From the IMG/VR virus record IMGVR_UViG_3300027969_000065: a stretch of DNA of 64,000 nucleotides. One strand, written 5' to 3'. Below the pieces are notes generated by a model that worked only from the letters and a program-made list of their open reading frames with translations, did not search any database and was not told the origin of the DNA. Made by a program: the position numbers and the translations under genes. Of the stretch, positions 45,288 through 54,849 are shown one piece after another (the stretch's first letter is position 1; every line of letters starts with the position of its first letter). This stretch comes from an uncultured virus (IMG/VR IMGVR_UViG_3300027969_000065) (taxonomy: Duplodnaviria > Heunggongvirae > Uroviricota > Caudoviricetes > Demerecviridae).

Positions 45288-47146
45288 TGAATGATAAACA
45301 AGCACTAGCAGATATTACAGTATTCAACAAGTACGCACGTTTTAATCATGCTGCAGGTCGGCGAGAGTCTTGGACTGAAATTGTCAACCGTAATGCAGAA
45401 ATGCATAAAACTAAGTATCCGGACATCGCACATGAGATTGACACAGTTTACAAGAACTTTGTGCACACTAAAAAGGTTCTGCCCAGCATGCGAAGTTTGC
45501 AGTTCGGCGGGCGTCCTATCTTAATGGCCGAGAATCGCATCTTTAATTGTGCGTATGCCCCAGCAGAGTCAACCAGGTTTTTCTCAGAGTTGATGTTTTT
45601 ATTGCTGGGTGGCACAGGCATGGGATACTCTGTACAAGCCCGACACGTTAACAAACTGCCTAAAATCAAAACTCCTGAGTCTGACAAAGAATACAAGTTT
45701 CAAGTCCAAGACAGCATTGTTGGCTGGAGTGATGCAGTCAAAGTAGTATGCAAGGCTTTCTTCAGCGCAGGTACTCTGCCGATCTTTGACTATCGTGATA
45801 TTCGTGAAAAAGGTGCAGAACTAATCACTACAGGTGGGCAAGCTCCAGGCCCTGAGCCACTGCGTGTTTGCATCAATAATCTAGAAACTATTCTTCGACA
45901 AGCCATTGGCCGCAAACTACGTCCTGTAGAAGTTCATGATATGGCTTGCGTTATTGCTGATGCAGTATTAGCCGGTGGTATTCGACGTGCTGCTATGATT
46001 AGTTTATTCGATCGAGACGATGAAGAAATGTTGACTTGCAAAGCAGGTGAATGGTACATCACTCATCCAGCTCGTGCTCGCAGCAACAATTCAGCAGTGC
46101 TGCCCCGAGACGAAGTAACACAAGCTGAGTTCTCTGATCTAATGAAGCGCATCGAAGAATCTGGATGTGGTGAGCCAGGCATCTACTGGACTAACAACAA
46201 AGATTGGGGAACTAATCCTTGTTGCGAAATTGCACTACGGCCTTACCAGATGTGTAATCTAACAGAAATCAATGCCGGAGATATTCACACTCAGGATGAC
46301 TTTGTTCAAGCCGCGGGTGCTGCTGCTTTCTTGGGTACTCTGCAAGCAGGATATACAGACTTTCACTACCTAAGTCCTAAATGGAAGATTGCTTGTGAAA
46401 AAGATGCTCTGTTAGGAGTATCTATGACCGGCATTGCCAGCGGTACTGTGGAAAATCTTGACATGATGGAAGCTGCTGAAGTTGTAAAAACCATGAACTC
46501 AGACATTGCTGAGCTCATCGGCATCAACCAAGCAGCACGAACCACCTGCGTAAAACCCGCAGGAACCACGTCTCTGGTTCTAGGTACTAGCTCTGGAATT
46601 CATGCTTGGCATGCTCCGTACTATATCCGGCGTATGCGTGCAGGCAAAGACGAAGCGCTAGCACAATACATGATGAAAGCAGCACCGGGACTAGTAGAAC
46701 AAGACGTTAATGTTCCACACCAAGTAGTTCTTAGCTTTCCTCAAGCTGCTCCGGTAGGAGCCAAAGTACGCAGCGAGCACATGCTGGAACTCTTAGAACG
46801 AGTAAAAGATGTATCAGTACGTTGGGTTGCTCCAGGGCATCGTGATGGTATTAATCAACACAATGTATCTTGCACTATTTCAGTAATGGATAATCAGTGG
46901 AAGTTGCTGACTCGCTGGATGTGGGACAATCGTGAAACTTACAACGGTATTTCAGTTCTGCCTTATTTTGGTGCTGCTGCATACCCTCAGCTGCCTTTTG
47001 AAGACATTACAGAAGAACAATACAACGCAATGCTGCCTTTACTAGAATTGGTAGATATCAGCAAAGTGTTTGAAACCGACGGTAGTTCTGTGGATTTAAG
47101 CAATGAACTAGCTTGTGCAGGACCTGATGGATGTGAGATTGTATAA
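45287..47146 (+). CDS. nrdJ: class II (B12-dependent) ribonucleotide reductase, monomeric type
   Basis: FNC, GGIRRAAMI, TNPCCEI, CNL, CVKPAGT, C-terminal CAGPDGCEIV; no beta subunit nearby. Confidence 0.9.
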   Translation: MNDKQALADITVFNKYARFNHAAGRRESWTEIVNRNAEMHKTKYPDIAHEIDTVYKNFVHTKKVLPSMRSLQFGGRPILMAENRIFNCAYAPAESTRFFSELMFLLLGGTGMGYSVQARHVNKLPKIKTPESDKEYKFQVQDSIVGWSDAVKVVCKAFFSAGTLPIFDYRDIREKGAELITTGGQAPGPEPLRVCINNLETILRQAIGRKLRPVEVHDMACVIADAVLAGGIRRAAMISLFDRDDEEMLTCKAGEWYITHPARARSNNSAVLPRDEVTQAEFSDLMKRIEESGCGEPGIYWTNNKDWGTNPCCEIALRPYQMCNLTEINAGDIHTQDDFVQAAGAAAFLGTLQAGYTDFHYLSPKWKIACEKDALLGVSMTGIASGTVENLDMMEAAEVVKTMNSDIAELIGINQAARTTCVKPAGTTSLVLGTSSGIHAWHAPYYIRRMRAGKDEALAQYMMKAAPGLVEQDVNVPHQVVLSFPQAAPVGAKVRSEHMLELLERVKDVSVRWVAPGHRDGINQHNVSCTISVMDNQWKLLTRWMWDNRETYNGISVLPYFGAAAYPQLPFEDITEEQYNAMLPLLELVDISKVFETDGSSVDLSNELACAGPDGCEIV

Positions 47147-47148
47147 GT

Positions 47149-47187
47149 AAAAAAAGCCCCCTAGATGTTTAATCTAGGGGGCTTTTT
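47149..47187. terminator. bidirectional terminator between convergent early and late blocks
   Basis: AAAAAAGCCCCCTAGAT...ATCTAGGGGGCTTTTT. Confidence 0.85.
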
Positions 47188-47188
47188 G

Positions 47189-47440
47189 CTATTTGCTGCA
47201 AAATGTAACAAACTCCTCAGCGAGTATAGATAGCGCTTCTTTGCCGTCTTTCGAAACAAAAAAGTCATTAATCTTTGGAAGGTTACTAGAAATACATATT
47301 TGCTGTTCTACCGACAAAGCAGCTCCAAAAGAATTGTATGCATCAAACTTTTGAAGAGCCGTCATGATAGGGGCCTGATTTGTTTTTATAGCGTGCACTA
47401 ACATATCAGGAGTTAACGCTTTGAGCAACTCAGCAAGCAT
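47189..47440 (-). CDS. hypothetical protein
   Basis: Last ORF of the leftward operon. Confidence 0.7.
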   Translation of the reverse strand: MLAELLKALTPDMLVHAIKTNQAPIMTALQKFDAYNSFGAALSVEQQICISSNLPKINDFFVSKDGKEALSILAEEFVTFCSK

Positions 47441-47443
47441 AGA

Positions 47444-48613
47444 TTAGGCTACGCGAGTGTTAGCAGCAGTTTGTGAATTACCACTAACTGTACCACTACC
47501 AATGTTTAAAACACCTTGTTGGATGTGCTGGTTTTGCTGATATAAAGCAGCAATGTTAGCACCTAAAACAGCTAATTGCTGTTGTTGTTGCTGAGCTTGC
47601 TGTTGTTGAGCTACTGCGGTAGCAGTATTGTTGTTGCTGATAGTGATGTTGCCTTCAACTCCACGTAAACGTCCTTCGTTACGAAGCTCGCTGACTTCGT
47701 TGGCTAACACAACTAGAGCACGACTGTCATTGGTTTTGTCGATAGACTGGATTAGAGCACGTGTACGATCACCGTCTGCAACGATGGCTTGATTTAGCAA
47801 CCATGAACTTTGTAGAGCTTGAGTTGCAGCATCTTTGGTAGCTAGAAGATTAGTAGTACCTTGAGCTGCTGTAGCGGCTGCATTGTCAGCAAATCCTTTT
47901 TGTTGCATTTGGGTTTGCATATTTAGGTTAGCCATGATATTGCTCTCAAAAGCTGAGATTGAACCAATAACTGAACCTGTACTTGCGCTAACACTACGAT
48001 TTAAATCCATTTGAGCTGCTGCTAGAGCTAATTGAACTTGACCTTCTGCTAAGGGGATAGAAGCTTTAATATCTCCAAGAGTCTGCATAATCGCAGTATT
48101 GTTGACAACTGACTCAACGCCTTGTAGCGTTGCTGGTGCTCCGCCGTCGAGACCGCCGTTAAGCCCCCCGTTACGGAATAGCATTGTGCCTAATAGGCCA
48201 CCTACTAGCCCTGCTCCTAAACCGCCGCCTAGTGCGCCGCCCATATTACCACCCTGTGGGTTGGTGAATAGATTGATTGATTCTGCTGGTGTCATGGTTG
48301 TTTCCTCGTTGATTGCAGATGCATCATATACATCTGAGTTTGACATTTTGGGACCGCGTGCAGGCACTTCAATAGTGCTTGTAACTTCCCCATACATAAT
48401 TGTTACAGTAGAAGCTGCATCTCGATCTCCTTTGATTTCGAAATGTACAGAGTCTCCTGCTCTTGCCCATAAACGACTCAGAGGTCTTACTTCTTCGTCG
48501 TTTACAAAAGCTGTTACTTTTGTTTTACCAGTAACCATTACTTGTATTTTGCCATCCGTAGGAGTGACTACTTTATTTGTAAGTGTGCTTACTGGTGATT
48601 CTAGTGCCCACAT
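47444..48613 (-). CDS. Gly/Gln-rich hypothetical protein with possible internal start at 48295
   Basis: SD before both ATG 48613 and ATG 48295; Gly-rich hydrophobic stretch and poly-Q helix. Confidence 0.7.
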   Translation of the reverse strand: MWALESPVSTLTNKVVTPTDGKIQVMVTGKTKVTAFVNDEEVRPLSRLWARAGDSVHFEIKGDRDAASTVTIMYGEVTSTIEVPARGPKMSNSDVYDASAINEETTMTPAESINLFTNPQGGNMGGALGGGLGAGLVGGLLGTMLFRNGGLNGGLDGGAPATLQGVESVVNNTAIMQTLGDIKASIPLAEGQVQLALAAAQMDLNRSVSASTGSVIGSISAFESNIMANLNMQTQMQQKGFADNAAATAAQGTTNLLATKDAATQALQSSWLLNQAIVADGDRTRALIQSIDKTNDSRALVVLANEVSELRNEGRLRGVEGNITISNNNTATAVAQQQQAQQQQQQLAVLGANIAALYQQNQHIQQGVLNIGSGTVSGNSQTAANTRVA

Positions 48614-48663
48614 TATCTTCCTTTATTCTTGGTTAAAAAAGACTCCCAACAATAAGAAGCCGC

Positions 48664-49209
48664 TTATACCACATTCCAGTTTGTACCGCGGAAGATTAAT
48701 GTAGCGCTTGCATTAGCTGCAAAAACTAGTACAAAACCTGCAGGTGAAACCAGACCCTCAACTGTATCTAGTACAGTATTTCCTACAATTGTTATGTCAG
48801 CTAAGTTTCCAAACTCAGATTTAATTACAAATTCTTTTCCTGCTGTGCCTGCAGGCAAGGTCAGTGTTACAGGTGCCACAGCAATTACGCCAACGTAATA
48901 ATCTGTGTTTAATACCGGGCCTGTAACTGCAACTAAACGAGTAGCCACATTAGGCGTACCGGTTGCATTAATTGTTAAGCTGGGTGCAGTTCCAGTAATT
49001 GTGATATTTGTGCCTGCAACAAGTGTGGTGACAACTCTGTTGCCTGAGTCTGTGACTGCACCTGTGCTGGTTACGGTTGCAAACGTTGGATTTGCAGTAG
49101 TTGCTACACTTTGGGGTAGGTCGATAACGCCTGCTGCAACGTTGATGTTTGTGCCTACTTCAACTACACCGAAGTTAGTTTTAGAGGCTAAGGGAGTATT
49201 ATATGCCAT
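48664..49209 (-). CDS. putative virion fibre/spike protein
   Basis: PLAS..NFGVV.VGTNI repeat; TLP...GK.FVIK...W C-terminal domain. Confidence 0.6.
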   Translation of the reverse strand: MAYNTPLASKTNFGVVEVGTNINVAAGVIDLPQSVATTANPTFATVTSTGAVTDSGNRVVTTLVAGTNITITGTAPSLTINATGTPNVATRLVAVTGPVLNTDYYVGVIAVAPVTLTLPAGTAGKEFVIKSEFGNLADITIVGNTVLDTVEGLVSPAGFVLVFAANASATLIFRGTNWNVV

Positions 49210-49220
49210 TTTTGTTTCCT

Positions 49221-49733
49221 TTATGGTGTACTGAGATAGGTTACAGTTCCTACTAATCTTGTAGTCGCTTGAACATCTGCGTAAGTCAGTCTTAGATTAT
49301 CTTCGGATTCATGAATACAGTATAAAGGTACCACTGTTGAAGAACCTGCAACAGTACCTGAGATATACGACGATTTAAGTTTTAGATTTTGAAAAATGCT
49401 AACAACCAAACTACCCACAGCTCCTGTACCTGAAATACTGGTAAACGGCAAACCATTTAAAGTCAGTGTGTTGGGATTAGTACCGCCTGTTTTTGTCAAC
49501 AAAGTAAAATCAAAATAACAAGTTATCTGTTGTCCTGTTTTAGAATAGTTAGCTGTGTTTACTAACAGTGTGATGGTTCCTGCAGTACTGACTGAAACGG
49601 TTGGAGTCCAAGTACCTACAACGGTTGCACCGCCTCCTGTACTAGATATGATGCCATTTGCAATGTTAATATTAGTACCGGAACGCACTACACCAAAAGT
49701 AGAATTTGAGGCTAAAGGCGCTGAGTAACTCAT
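49221..49733 (-). CDS. putative virion fibre protein
   Basis: PLAS..TFGVV.SGTNI; GTWTP...Y.K.G..ITC...GLPF fibre-tip pattern. Confidence 0.6.
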   Translation of the reverse strand: MSYSAPLASNSTFGVVRSGTNINIANGIISSTGGGATVVGTWTPTVSVSTAGTITLLVNTANYSKTGQQITCYFDFTLLTKTGGTNPNTLTLNGLPFTSISGTGAVGSLVVSIFQNLKLKSSYISGTVAGSSTVVPLYCIHESEDNLRLTYADVQATTRLVGTVTYLSTP

Positions 49734-50188
49734 ACTATGTTCCATTCTATGCCGTTAAAGACTAAAGTAGCACTGGCCCAGTCAACGTTGATGACGTAAC
49801 TGGTTAATCCATCAATTGAGCCAGCTATGGTTATGGGGTTAGCTTGAGCATCACCAACACTGTCTTTTACTATGTAAACTTTACCCAAAGTACCTGGCGG
49901 CAAAGTAACGGTAACTTGACCGTTAAATATAACACCTAAAAAATACTCATCAGCATTAGGAGCATAGGTGGCTTCATCAATTAAAGTAACTGGTACATCT
50001 GACAAAGAACCAGGCGGACCTTGTGGGCCCGGCGGTCCGGCAGGGCCTGGTGGGCCTGGAATAGGACAGAAATTAACGTTAATATCATTGTCCGAGCCGT
50101 AAATAGGTTGTACGGGAAATAAAGATTGCGATTGGGATAAGCCAGGCAACAAGCCTGTGGAACCAAACAAAGATTGAGTTTGAAACAT
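49730..50188 (-). CDS. collagen-like repeat protein
   Basis: GPPGPAGPPGPQGPPG; C-terminal domain similar to 48664 ORF. Confidence 0.7.
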   Translation of the reverse strand: MFQTQSLFGSTGLLPGLSQSQSLFPVQPIYGSDNDINVNFCPIPGPPGPAGPPGPQGPPGSLSDVPVTLIDEATYAPNADEYFLGVIFNGQVTVTLPPGTLGKVYIVKDSVGDAQANPITIAGSIDGLTSYVINVDWASATLVFNGIEWNIV

Positions 50189-50228
50189 ATGTATACCTTT
50201 ATTTTATGTACCTTTATTTTATATACAT

Positions 50229-50257
50229 ATTATACAATAGGTACCATAAAAAGTCAA
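50229..50257 (-). promoter_or_regulatory. sigma70-type leftward promoter
   Basis: TTGACT-17-TATAAT on the minus strand. Confidence 0.7.
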
Positions 50258-50289
50258 CTCCAAAATTATTAACTCAAAAATATGGACGT

Positions 50290-50327
50290 AAAAAAGCCCG
50301 CAAAGGATAATACCTTGCGGGCTTTTT
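50290..50327. terminator. intrinsic terminator
   Basis: AAAAAAGCCCGCAA...TTGCGGGCTTTTT. Confidence 0.8.
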
Positions 50328-50329
50328 GT

Positions 50330-50710
50330 TTAATCGTCTAAGTAAGCAAATGTTTTGTACACAGCGTCCATTTCTAAGCCATTTTCTCTGGCTGTCATAA
50401 TATGATTGCGTTTTTCTGTACTCCACGAAAATCCGCCATCTCCACCCCACATGTCCCAGGCTACTCGACCTTTGCTTGGAAAACCTTCTTCTCCGCTTGA
50501 AAATCCTGTGGCTTGTTTGTCTACTTCGTGCCTCGAAAAGAAACTATACATGCGTAATACAGTTGAAGCAGTTAGTGGACTACGATCTTTTAGCTGGTTA
50601 GCGCGTGCAAGGCCTACTAGAGTGCCTCCGGGCTTGCCGTCTTCGTGCCACTTCAAAGCACGTTTAGCGGCACTAGCCATGCCTTCGGTTGGTGTATAAG
50701 TCTCTGCCAT
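50330..50710 (-). CDS. conserved phage protein (stand-alone domain often fused to head morphogenesis proteins)
   Basis: PT.GM...A.RAL.W....GGT.VG.ARANQL...RM.SFFSRHE.DK...VAW..WGGD.G. Confidence 0.7.
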   Translation of the reverse strand: MAETYTPTEGMASAAKRALKWHEDGKPGGTLVGLARANQLKDRSPLTASTVLRMYSFFSRHEVDKQATGFSSGEEGFPSKGRVAWDMWGGDGGFSWSTEKRNHIMTARENGLEMDAVYKTFAYLDD

Positions 50711-50720
50711 TTTAAATCCT

Positions 50721-51410
50721 CTATTTTCTATAAGCCATAATAATTGCTTTACACATCTTACTACGTACAATGTCTGAGTCTAAGAATCTTACAATCTCAA
50801 TTCCAGGAATACCTTCTAGACGTTTAACAGCGTCCATGAGTCCTGAGTCAGAAATATCTGATTGATCTTGGTCTCCGCTTAAAATAATCTTGGTGTTTTT
50901 TCCAATTCTGGATAACAGCATTTGGAACTCGGGTTTTGTCATTTGCTGACATTCGTCTACTAAAACAATTGCGTTGTCAAATGTAGCTCCTCGCATAAAC
51001 CCTAGTGGTCTGGGTTCAATAGTCTTAGACTTGAGTGCGTATTCGTAAAATCCTGTGCCCAGCGATTTATGAAACACAGAATCAAAAGGCTCTAAGTACG
51101 GAGCGTACTTTTCTTCTAGAGTACCTGGTAAAAATCCTAAACCACGGCCAGTTTCTACATTGGGGCGTGTAAGAATAATTCTTTCTACGCGTCTGTGAAA
51201 CAGCTCACCGGCCGCGTATGAAGCTGCAACGTACGTTTTGCCGGTGCCTGCTGAGCCGATACCAAAAACAATTTCATTGTTTTTGATAGCTTCCAAGTAG
51301 GTTTCTTGAATGTAATTTAATGGTTTTACATCTTTAAAATCTGAATACATCTTATACGTGTCTGCTACTGCAGTAACACGCCTGGCTTTTTTACCACTAT
51401 TAGTTGCCAT
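50721..51410 (-). CDS. phoH: PhoH-family ATPase
   Basis: GSAGTGKT, RP.VE, GFLPG, MRGATF, DECQ, LSRIG, GD..QSD. Confidence 0.95.
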   Translation of the reverse strand: MATNSGKKARRVTAVADTYKMYSDFKDVKPLNYIQETYLEAIKNNEIVFGIGSAGTGKTYVAASYAAGELFHRRVERIILTRPNVETGRGLGFLPGTLEEKYAPYLEPFDSVFHKSLGTGFYEYALKSKTIEPRPLGFMRGATFDNAIVLVDECQQMTKPEFQMLLSRIGKNTKIILSGDQDQSDISDSGLMDAVKRLEGIPGIEIVRFLDSDIVRSKMCKAIIMAYRK

Positions 51411-51426
51411 TAATTATCCCGGTTGA

Positions 51427-51579
51427 TTATTTTTTAACAGGCACTTTACGGCCTTCGAGTTTTTTGTGTTTCTTTGCAGGCTTTTTAGCTGCAGCAGCTG
51501 TTGTGGTGGTTTTGTTAACAGCAGCATATGTAGGAGTCAATAAACTAAAACTCACGATTAAAGCAGTTAGAAATTTCAT
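51427..51579 (-). CDS. small secreted Lys-rich protein (50 aa)
   Basis: MKFLTALIVSFSLLTPTYA...KKHKKLEG; translated by hand. Confidence 0.6.
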   Translation of the reverse strand: MKFLTALIVSFSLLTPTYAAVNKTTTTAAAAKKPAKKHKKLEGRKVPVKK

Positions 51580-51580
51580 A

Positions 51581-51883
51581 TTATAACACAGGATCCATTT
51601 GTTTTGGAGGAGCAGGTTTAACTTTAGTAACTGCTAGTTTTTCTTGGGTACGACCATGAGCAGAAACTCCTAGTACAGCACACATAGATATGTGAAACAA
51701 GCCGCCGGCTTGTAGTGTAAGCGGAGACCACTCTCTGAAAGCATCGTTGGCAGCAGCAGTTTCCCAGAATTGTACTACGGTAAAGAACACCGGGCCTATG
51801 ATGAAATCAAATGCACATACTGCTATGTACAACCAAGCCATGGCCGGTCTCCATTTATTTTGCATCCAGCTTTCTGTTTGCAT
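51581..51883 (-). CDS. putative holin
   Basis: KWRPAMAWLY...FDFI..P...W.PLTL...GGLFH....VLG..A.GRTQEK; adjacent to endolysin. Confidence 0.75.
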   Translation of the reverse strand: MQTESWMQNKWRPAMAWLYIAVCAFDFIIGPVFFTVVQFWETAAANDAFREWSPLTLQAGGLFHISMCAVLGVSAHGRTQEKLAVTKVKPAPPKQMDPVL

Positions 51884-52500
51884 TACAATCCAAATACACG
51901 CAGTGCATGCTCATAGTGTTTTTTACGATCTTCTAAACCAATTGTACCACCGTTGATGCGTTTAGTCAAAGTCAAAATATCACTGGTGTCTGCATACTGG
52001 TTTAAATTGTTGGAATCCCAAAACCAACATGCTGACTGTACAGCACCTTCAAACGTAGTTAAAAACTCAGGAATTTCTTCTAGTGCAGTGTCAATGCTTT
52101 CGGCAAATGCTGTGTAGTTGTTTTTACCAGTTAGCTGAATAAGTCCACGTCCGCAATACTTGAATCCATCTCCGCTATCTTCAGAACCGTTGCCCATGCG
52201 ATTGGCATAGACTCTGTTGGCAATTGCTTCTTGATCGTGAGCATACTCTTGTGCAAGTTCTAAGCTGGGAAAGTATTTTGGAAACACTCGAATCAAGCTC
52301 TCAGCACGATAGTTCAAATTTTCTTTTAAAGTTTTGAAACCAGCGCTTTCATGTGAGCACTGAGCGATAAAGGCTGCAACTCGCTGTGGAGTGTTGATCT
52401 CGTAGTCCGGCAAACATTTCAGTAAAGCAGAATACCAGTATTCAACGTAATTGTTATCAGGCAGCAATTCTGAGAGTTGAGTTTGTGTGAAATCAAACAT
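51883..52500 (-). CDS. GH19 (chitinase-like) endolysin
   Basis: RVAAFIAQC.HES, ENLNY, GDG.KY.GRGLIQLTGK.NY, SACWFW, TKRINGG..GL.DR. Confidence 0.93.
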   Translation of the reverse strand: MFDFTQTQLSELLPDNNYVEYWYSALLKCLPDYEINTPQRVAAFIAQCSHESAGFKTLKENLNYRAESLIRVFPKYFPSLELAQEYAHDQEAIANRVYANRMGNGSEDSGDGFKYCGRGLIQLTGKNNYTAFAESIDTALEEIPEFLTTFEGAVQSACWFWDSNNLNQYADTSDILTLTKRINGGTIGLEDRKKHYEHALRVFGL

Positions 52501-52501
52501 A

Positions 52502-52756
52502 TTATTCCTCGCTTATTTTCTTGTTTTGGTTGTACCAAGTAATCCACGCTTCTAAAACATTAGAACATTCATAATATTTCGTATAATTTGTGCTTACAAC
52601 ATTGAGTAACTCGCTTAGCTTAACTTCTGGAGTGTCTATGGTAGTTAAACTTGAGCAAGGTTTTAGTAATTCTTGGGGCGCTGTGGGAAACACTTGTTTT
52701 ACAGGTACTGTGGCCGCGCAGCCAGCTAATAATAGAACCAAAATGTATTTAATCAT
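52502..52756 (-). CDS. o-spanin-like lipoprotein
   Basis: Lipobox LLAGC; Pro-rich; located in the lysis cassette. Confidence 0.75.
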   Translation of the reverse strand: MIKYILVLLLAGCAATVPVKQVFPTAPQELLKPCSSLTTIDTPEVKLSELLNVVSTNYTKYYECSNVLEAWITWYNQNKKISEE

Positions 52757-53156
52757 GTTTAGCAGCCATGTTGTGTACAATGATTGCTTCTAATGGAATC
52801 TTGCAAGCGTTATCGTACTTGATGACTTCTTTGTCAATGTAGCGTACTACTTCGTCGCCGCGCAGCTTGATTGTGCGATTTTTAGTAACTATACGTGTAA
52901 CTATCTTTTCGTTTACCTGAGCACTTGCTTGTTGAGCAAGCAGGAGTTTGGCTTCTACTTCTGCTACTCGAGCTTTCCATTCTTGATCTTTTGAAATGCC
53001 TCCTGAGTACCATGTGCCTATAAGCATCAACACAATGCCTGTGGCATACGCATACAATTTAACAGGTTTTAACAAACTGCCCAAAATTAGTAATCCAGCA
53101 CCTGCAAATAACATCGCATAAAACACCCAGTCAGGTAACCAGTTTAGGATCCACAT
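52749..53156 (-). CDS. i-spanin-like membrane protein
   Basis: N-terminal TM helices, coiled coil, C-terminal Cys; overlaps the lipoprotein gene. Confidence 0.72.
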   Translation of the reverse strand: MWILNWLPDWVFYAMLFAGAGLLILGSLLKPVKLYAYATGIVLMLIGTWYSGGISKDQEWKARVAEVEAKLLLAQQASAQVNEKIVTRIVTKNRTIKLRGDEVVRYIDKEVIKYDNACKIPLEAIIVHNMAAKHD

Positions 53157-53157
53157 T

Positions 53158-53598
53158 TTAGGGCTTTTCGTTTGGTTGAATTACCGGATTTAAGATTTCT
53201 GCGGAACGTGTCTGTGTCACTAAACCCTTGGCAACCAACATTGGAAATCCAGCAACTACTCTGCTACCGTCAGCTAAGTCAATTGAGGTAGTTGAATCAA
53301 AACGTGTTTTCCACAGCTCTATTTCAGCATCTGTTTTAGCTGCATTGATAATCGCAATAAACTCAGCATCAGTCATACGATTTAATAGTGCTATTTTAGT
53401 GATAACGCTGGGTTCCGGCGGAGCAGGAGGAGGTGCAGGAGGAGCGACAAATACTGCATTCTCGTACGTCCAGCCAATTCCAGGCTCTGGTGTGATATCG
53501 GTGAGATTGATCCAAGTACCGTCAATGTTCATTGCTTCTTCAGCAATGGCTATGTTACGTACTATGTTATCCGCACCTACTATTGCAAATCTTAACAT
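53158..53598 (-). CDS. putative tail fibre assembly/chaperone protein
   Basis: V.NI...PGIGW.Y....F.APP; paralog of 56486..56902. Confidence 0.6.
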   Translation of the reverse strand: MLRFAIVGADNIVRNIAIAEEAMNIDGTWINLTDITPEPGIGWTYENAVFVAPPAPPPAPPEPSVITKIALLNRMTDAEFIAIINAAKTDAEIELWKTRFDSTTSIDLADGSRVVAGFPMLVAKGLVTQTRSAEILNPVIQPNEKP

Positions 53599-53610
53599 TG
53601 TTATTTTCCT

Positions 53611-54600
53611 TTATAAGTAAAAGCGGATTGCCGCAAACCCATTACCGCCGGTGCCGCCGTAATTCCAATAAGGTGCAGCGCCGCCTCCGCCGCCTCCGCC
53701 ACCCAAGCCTCCGGTACCACCATAATTTGGACTTGAACCAGTAGAGTCAGCGCCTGCACCTAACATGCCCCCACCACCGCCGCCTCCACCATTTAAGGGC
53801 GAAGTACTTGCTCCTGCTTTACCAGTGTAGTTCCAAATACTAACACCAACTAATGAACCTCCTATTCCCCCATAGTAAGAATTGCCTACACCGCTAGAAT
53901 GAACGCCGCCACCGCCGCCACCATATGTTCCAGCGCCTCCATAATAACCAGCGCCTCCACCACCGCCATATGCTCCATCACCTCCAGCAGATACACCGCT
54001 TGCTCCACCGCCTCCACCACCGCCTCCACCAAGCATTCCTCTAAATCCAGGAGTGCCTGCCGGACCTCCTATTCCTGCAAGTCTAGTATTAACATTAGCA
54101 CCGTACTGGTTTTCATTACCTACCACATCTTGCGGATATATACTCCATATCAGTTTGCCTATAGGTGGAGGCCCTCCAGAACTACCATAACCGTTACGAC
54201 CACCGCCACCACCGCCTCCACCTGGACCAACAGGCAAACTACCACTTTGTACACCACCTCCACCAATAACTGCATATGTGACGCCTGCAGAAAGTACTTT
54301 AGTAGCACCACCGACAGCACCAGCACCCCCACCGGCGCCTACAATAATTGTTAGCGGAGAACCTGTAAGCGGTATTTCAAGGATTGCACAACCTCCAAAT
54401 CCACCTCCGCCACCAGTGTAACTACTCGCATCACCTGTTGTTCCCCCACCACCACCCCCACATAGTAGAGCTTCAATACGCTGAGTACCTGGAGGCACGG
54501 CAATAGTTCTAGAAGTAAGGATGGTAGGAGTTTGAATATATCTAGAGATTGATCCTGGCACAACACCAGTACCTAATCCTGTAAAAATTCCAGTATTCAT
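53611..54600 (-). CDS. glycine-rich virion protein
   Basis: Poly-Gly tracts; ends GGNGFAAIRFYL. Confidence 0.75.
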   Translation of the reverse strand: MNTGIFTGLGTGVVPGSISRYIQTPTILTSRTIAVPPGTQRIEALLCGGGGGGTTGDASSYTGGGGGFGGCAILEIPLTGSPLTIIVGAGGGAGAVGGATKVLSAGVTYAVIGGGGVQSGSLPVGPGGGGGGGGRNGYGSSGGPPPIGKLIWSIYPQDVVGNENQYGANVNTRLAGIGGPAGTPGFRGMLGGGGGGGGGASGVSAGGDGAYGGGGGAGYYGGAGTYGGGGGGVHSSGVGNSYYGGIGGSLVGVSIWNYTGKAGASTSPLNGGGGGGGGMLGAGADSTGSSPNYGGTGGLGGGGGGGGAAPYWNYGGTGGNGFAAIRFYL

Positions 54601-54609
54601 ATATGTTCC

Positions 54610-54840
54610 TTAAGTTACACCAAATGACAAGGTCATATAGTCTGGTGGGCCAGCAGCAGCGCTGGTTTGAGTTGTGCCGTCAGGAAATCTAAAACCGCCT
54701 GAGGTAGAGTAGATTATGCCTGCTACACTTAGCATGTAAGCAGGAGTAGCTGCAATGCCAAAGCCTACTGGACCTGAGTAATATCCAACTTGATTTAAAG
54801 CTAGCGGGAATCCGGATAATAATTTTGCGTTAGTAGCCAT
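54610..54840 (-). CDS. small virion-associated protein
   Basis: GGFRFPDGTTQTSAA fibre-like motif. Confidence 0.6.
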   Translation of the reverse strand: MATNAKLLSGFPLALNQVGYYSGPVGFGIAATPAYMLSVAGIIYSTSGGFRFPDGTTQTSAAAGPPDYMTLSFGVT

Positions 54841-54849
54841 GATTAGTCC

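Noticed and set aside
35278..47146. Inteins, introns or homing endonucleases in PolA, helicase or RNR
   Set aside because: Protein lengths and motif spacing are continuous; no insertion was seen
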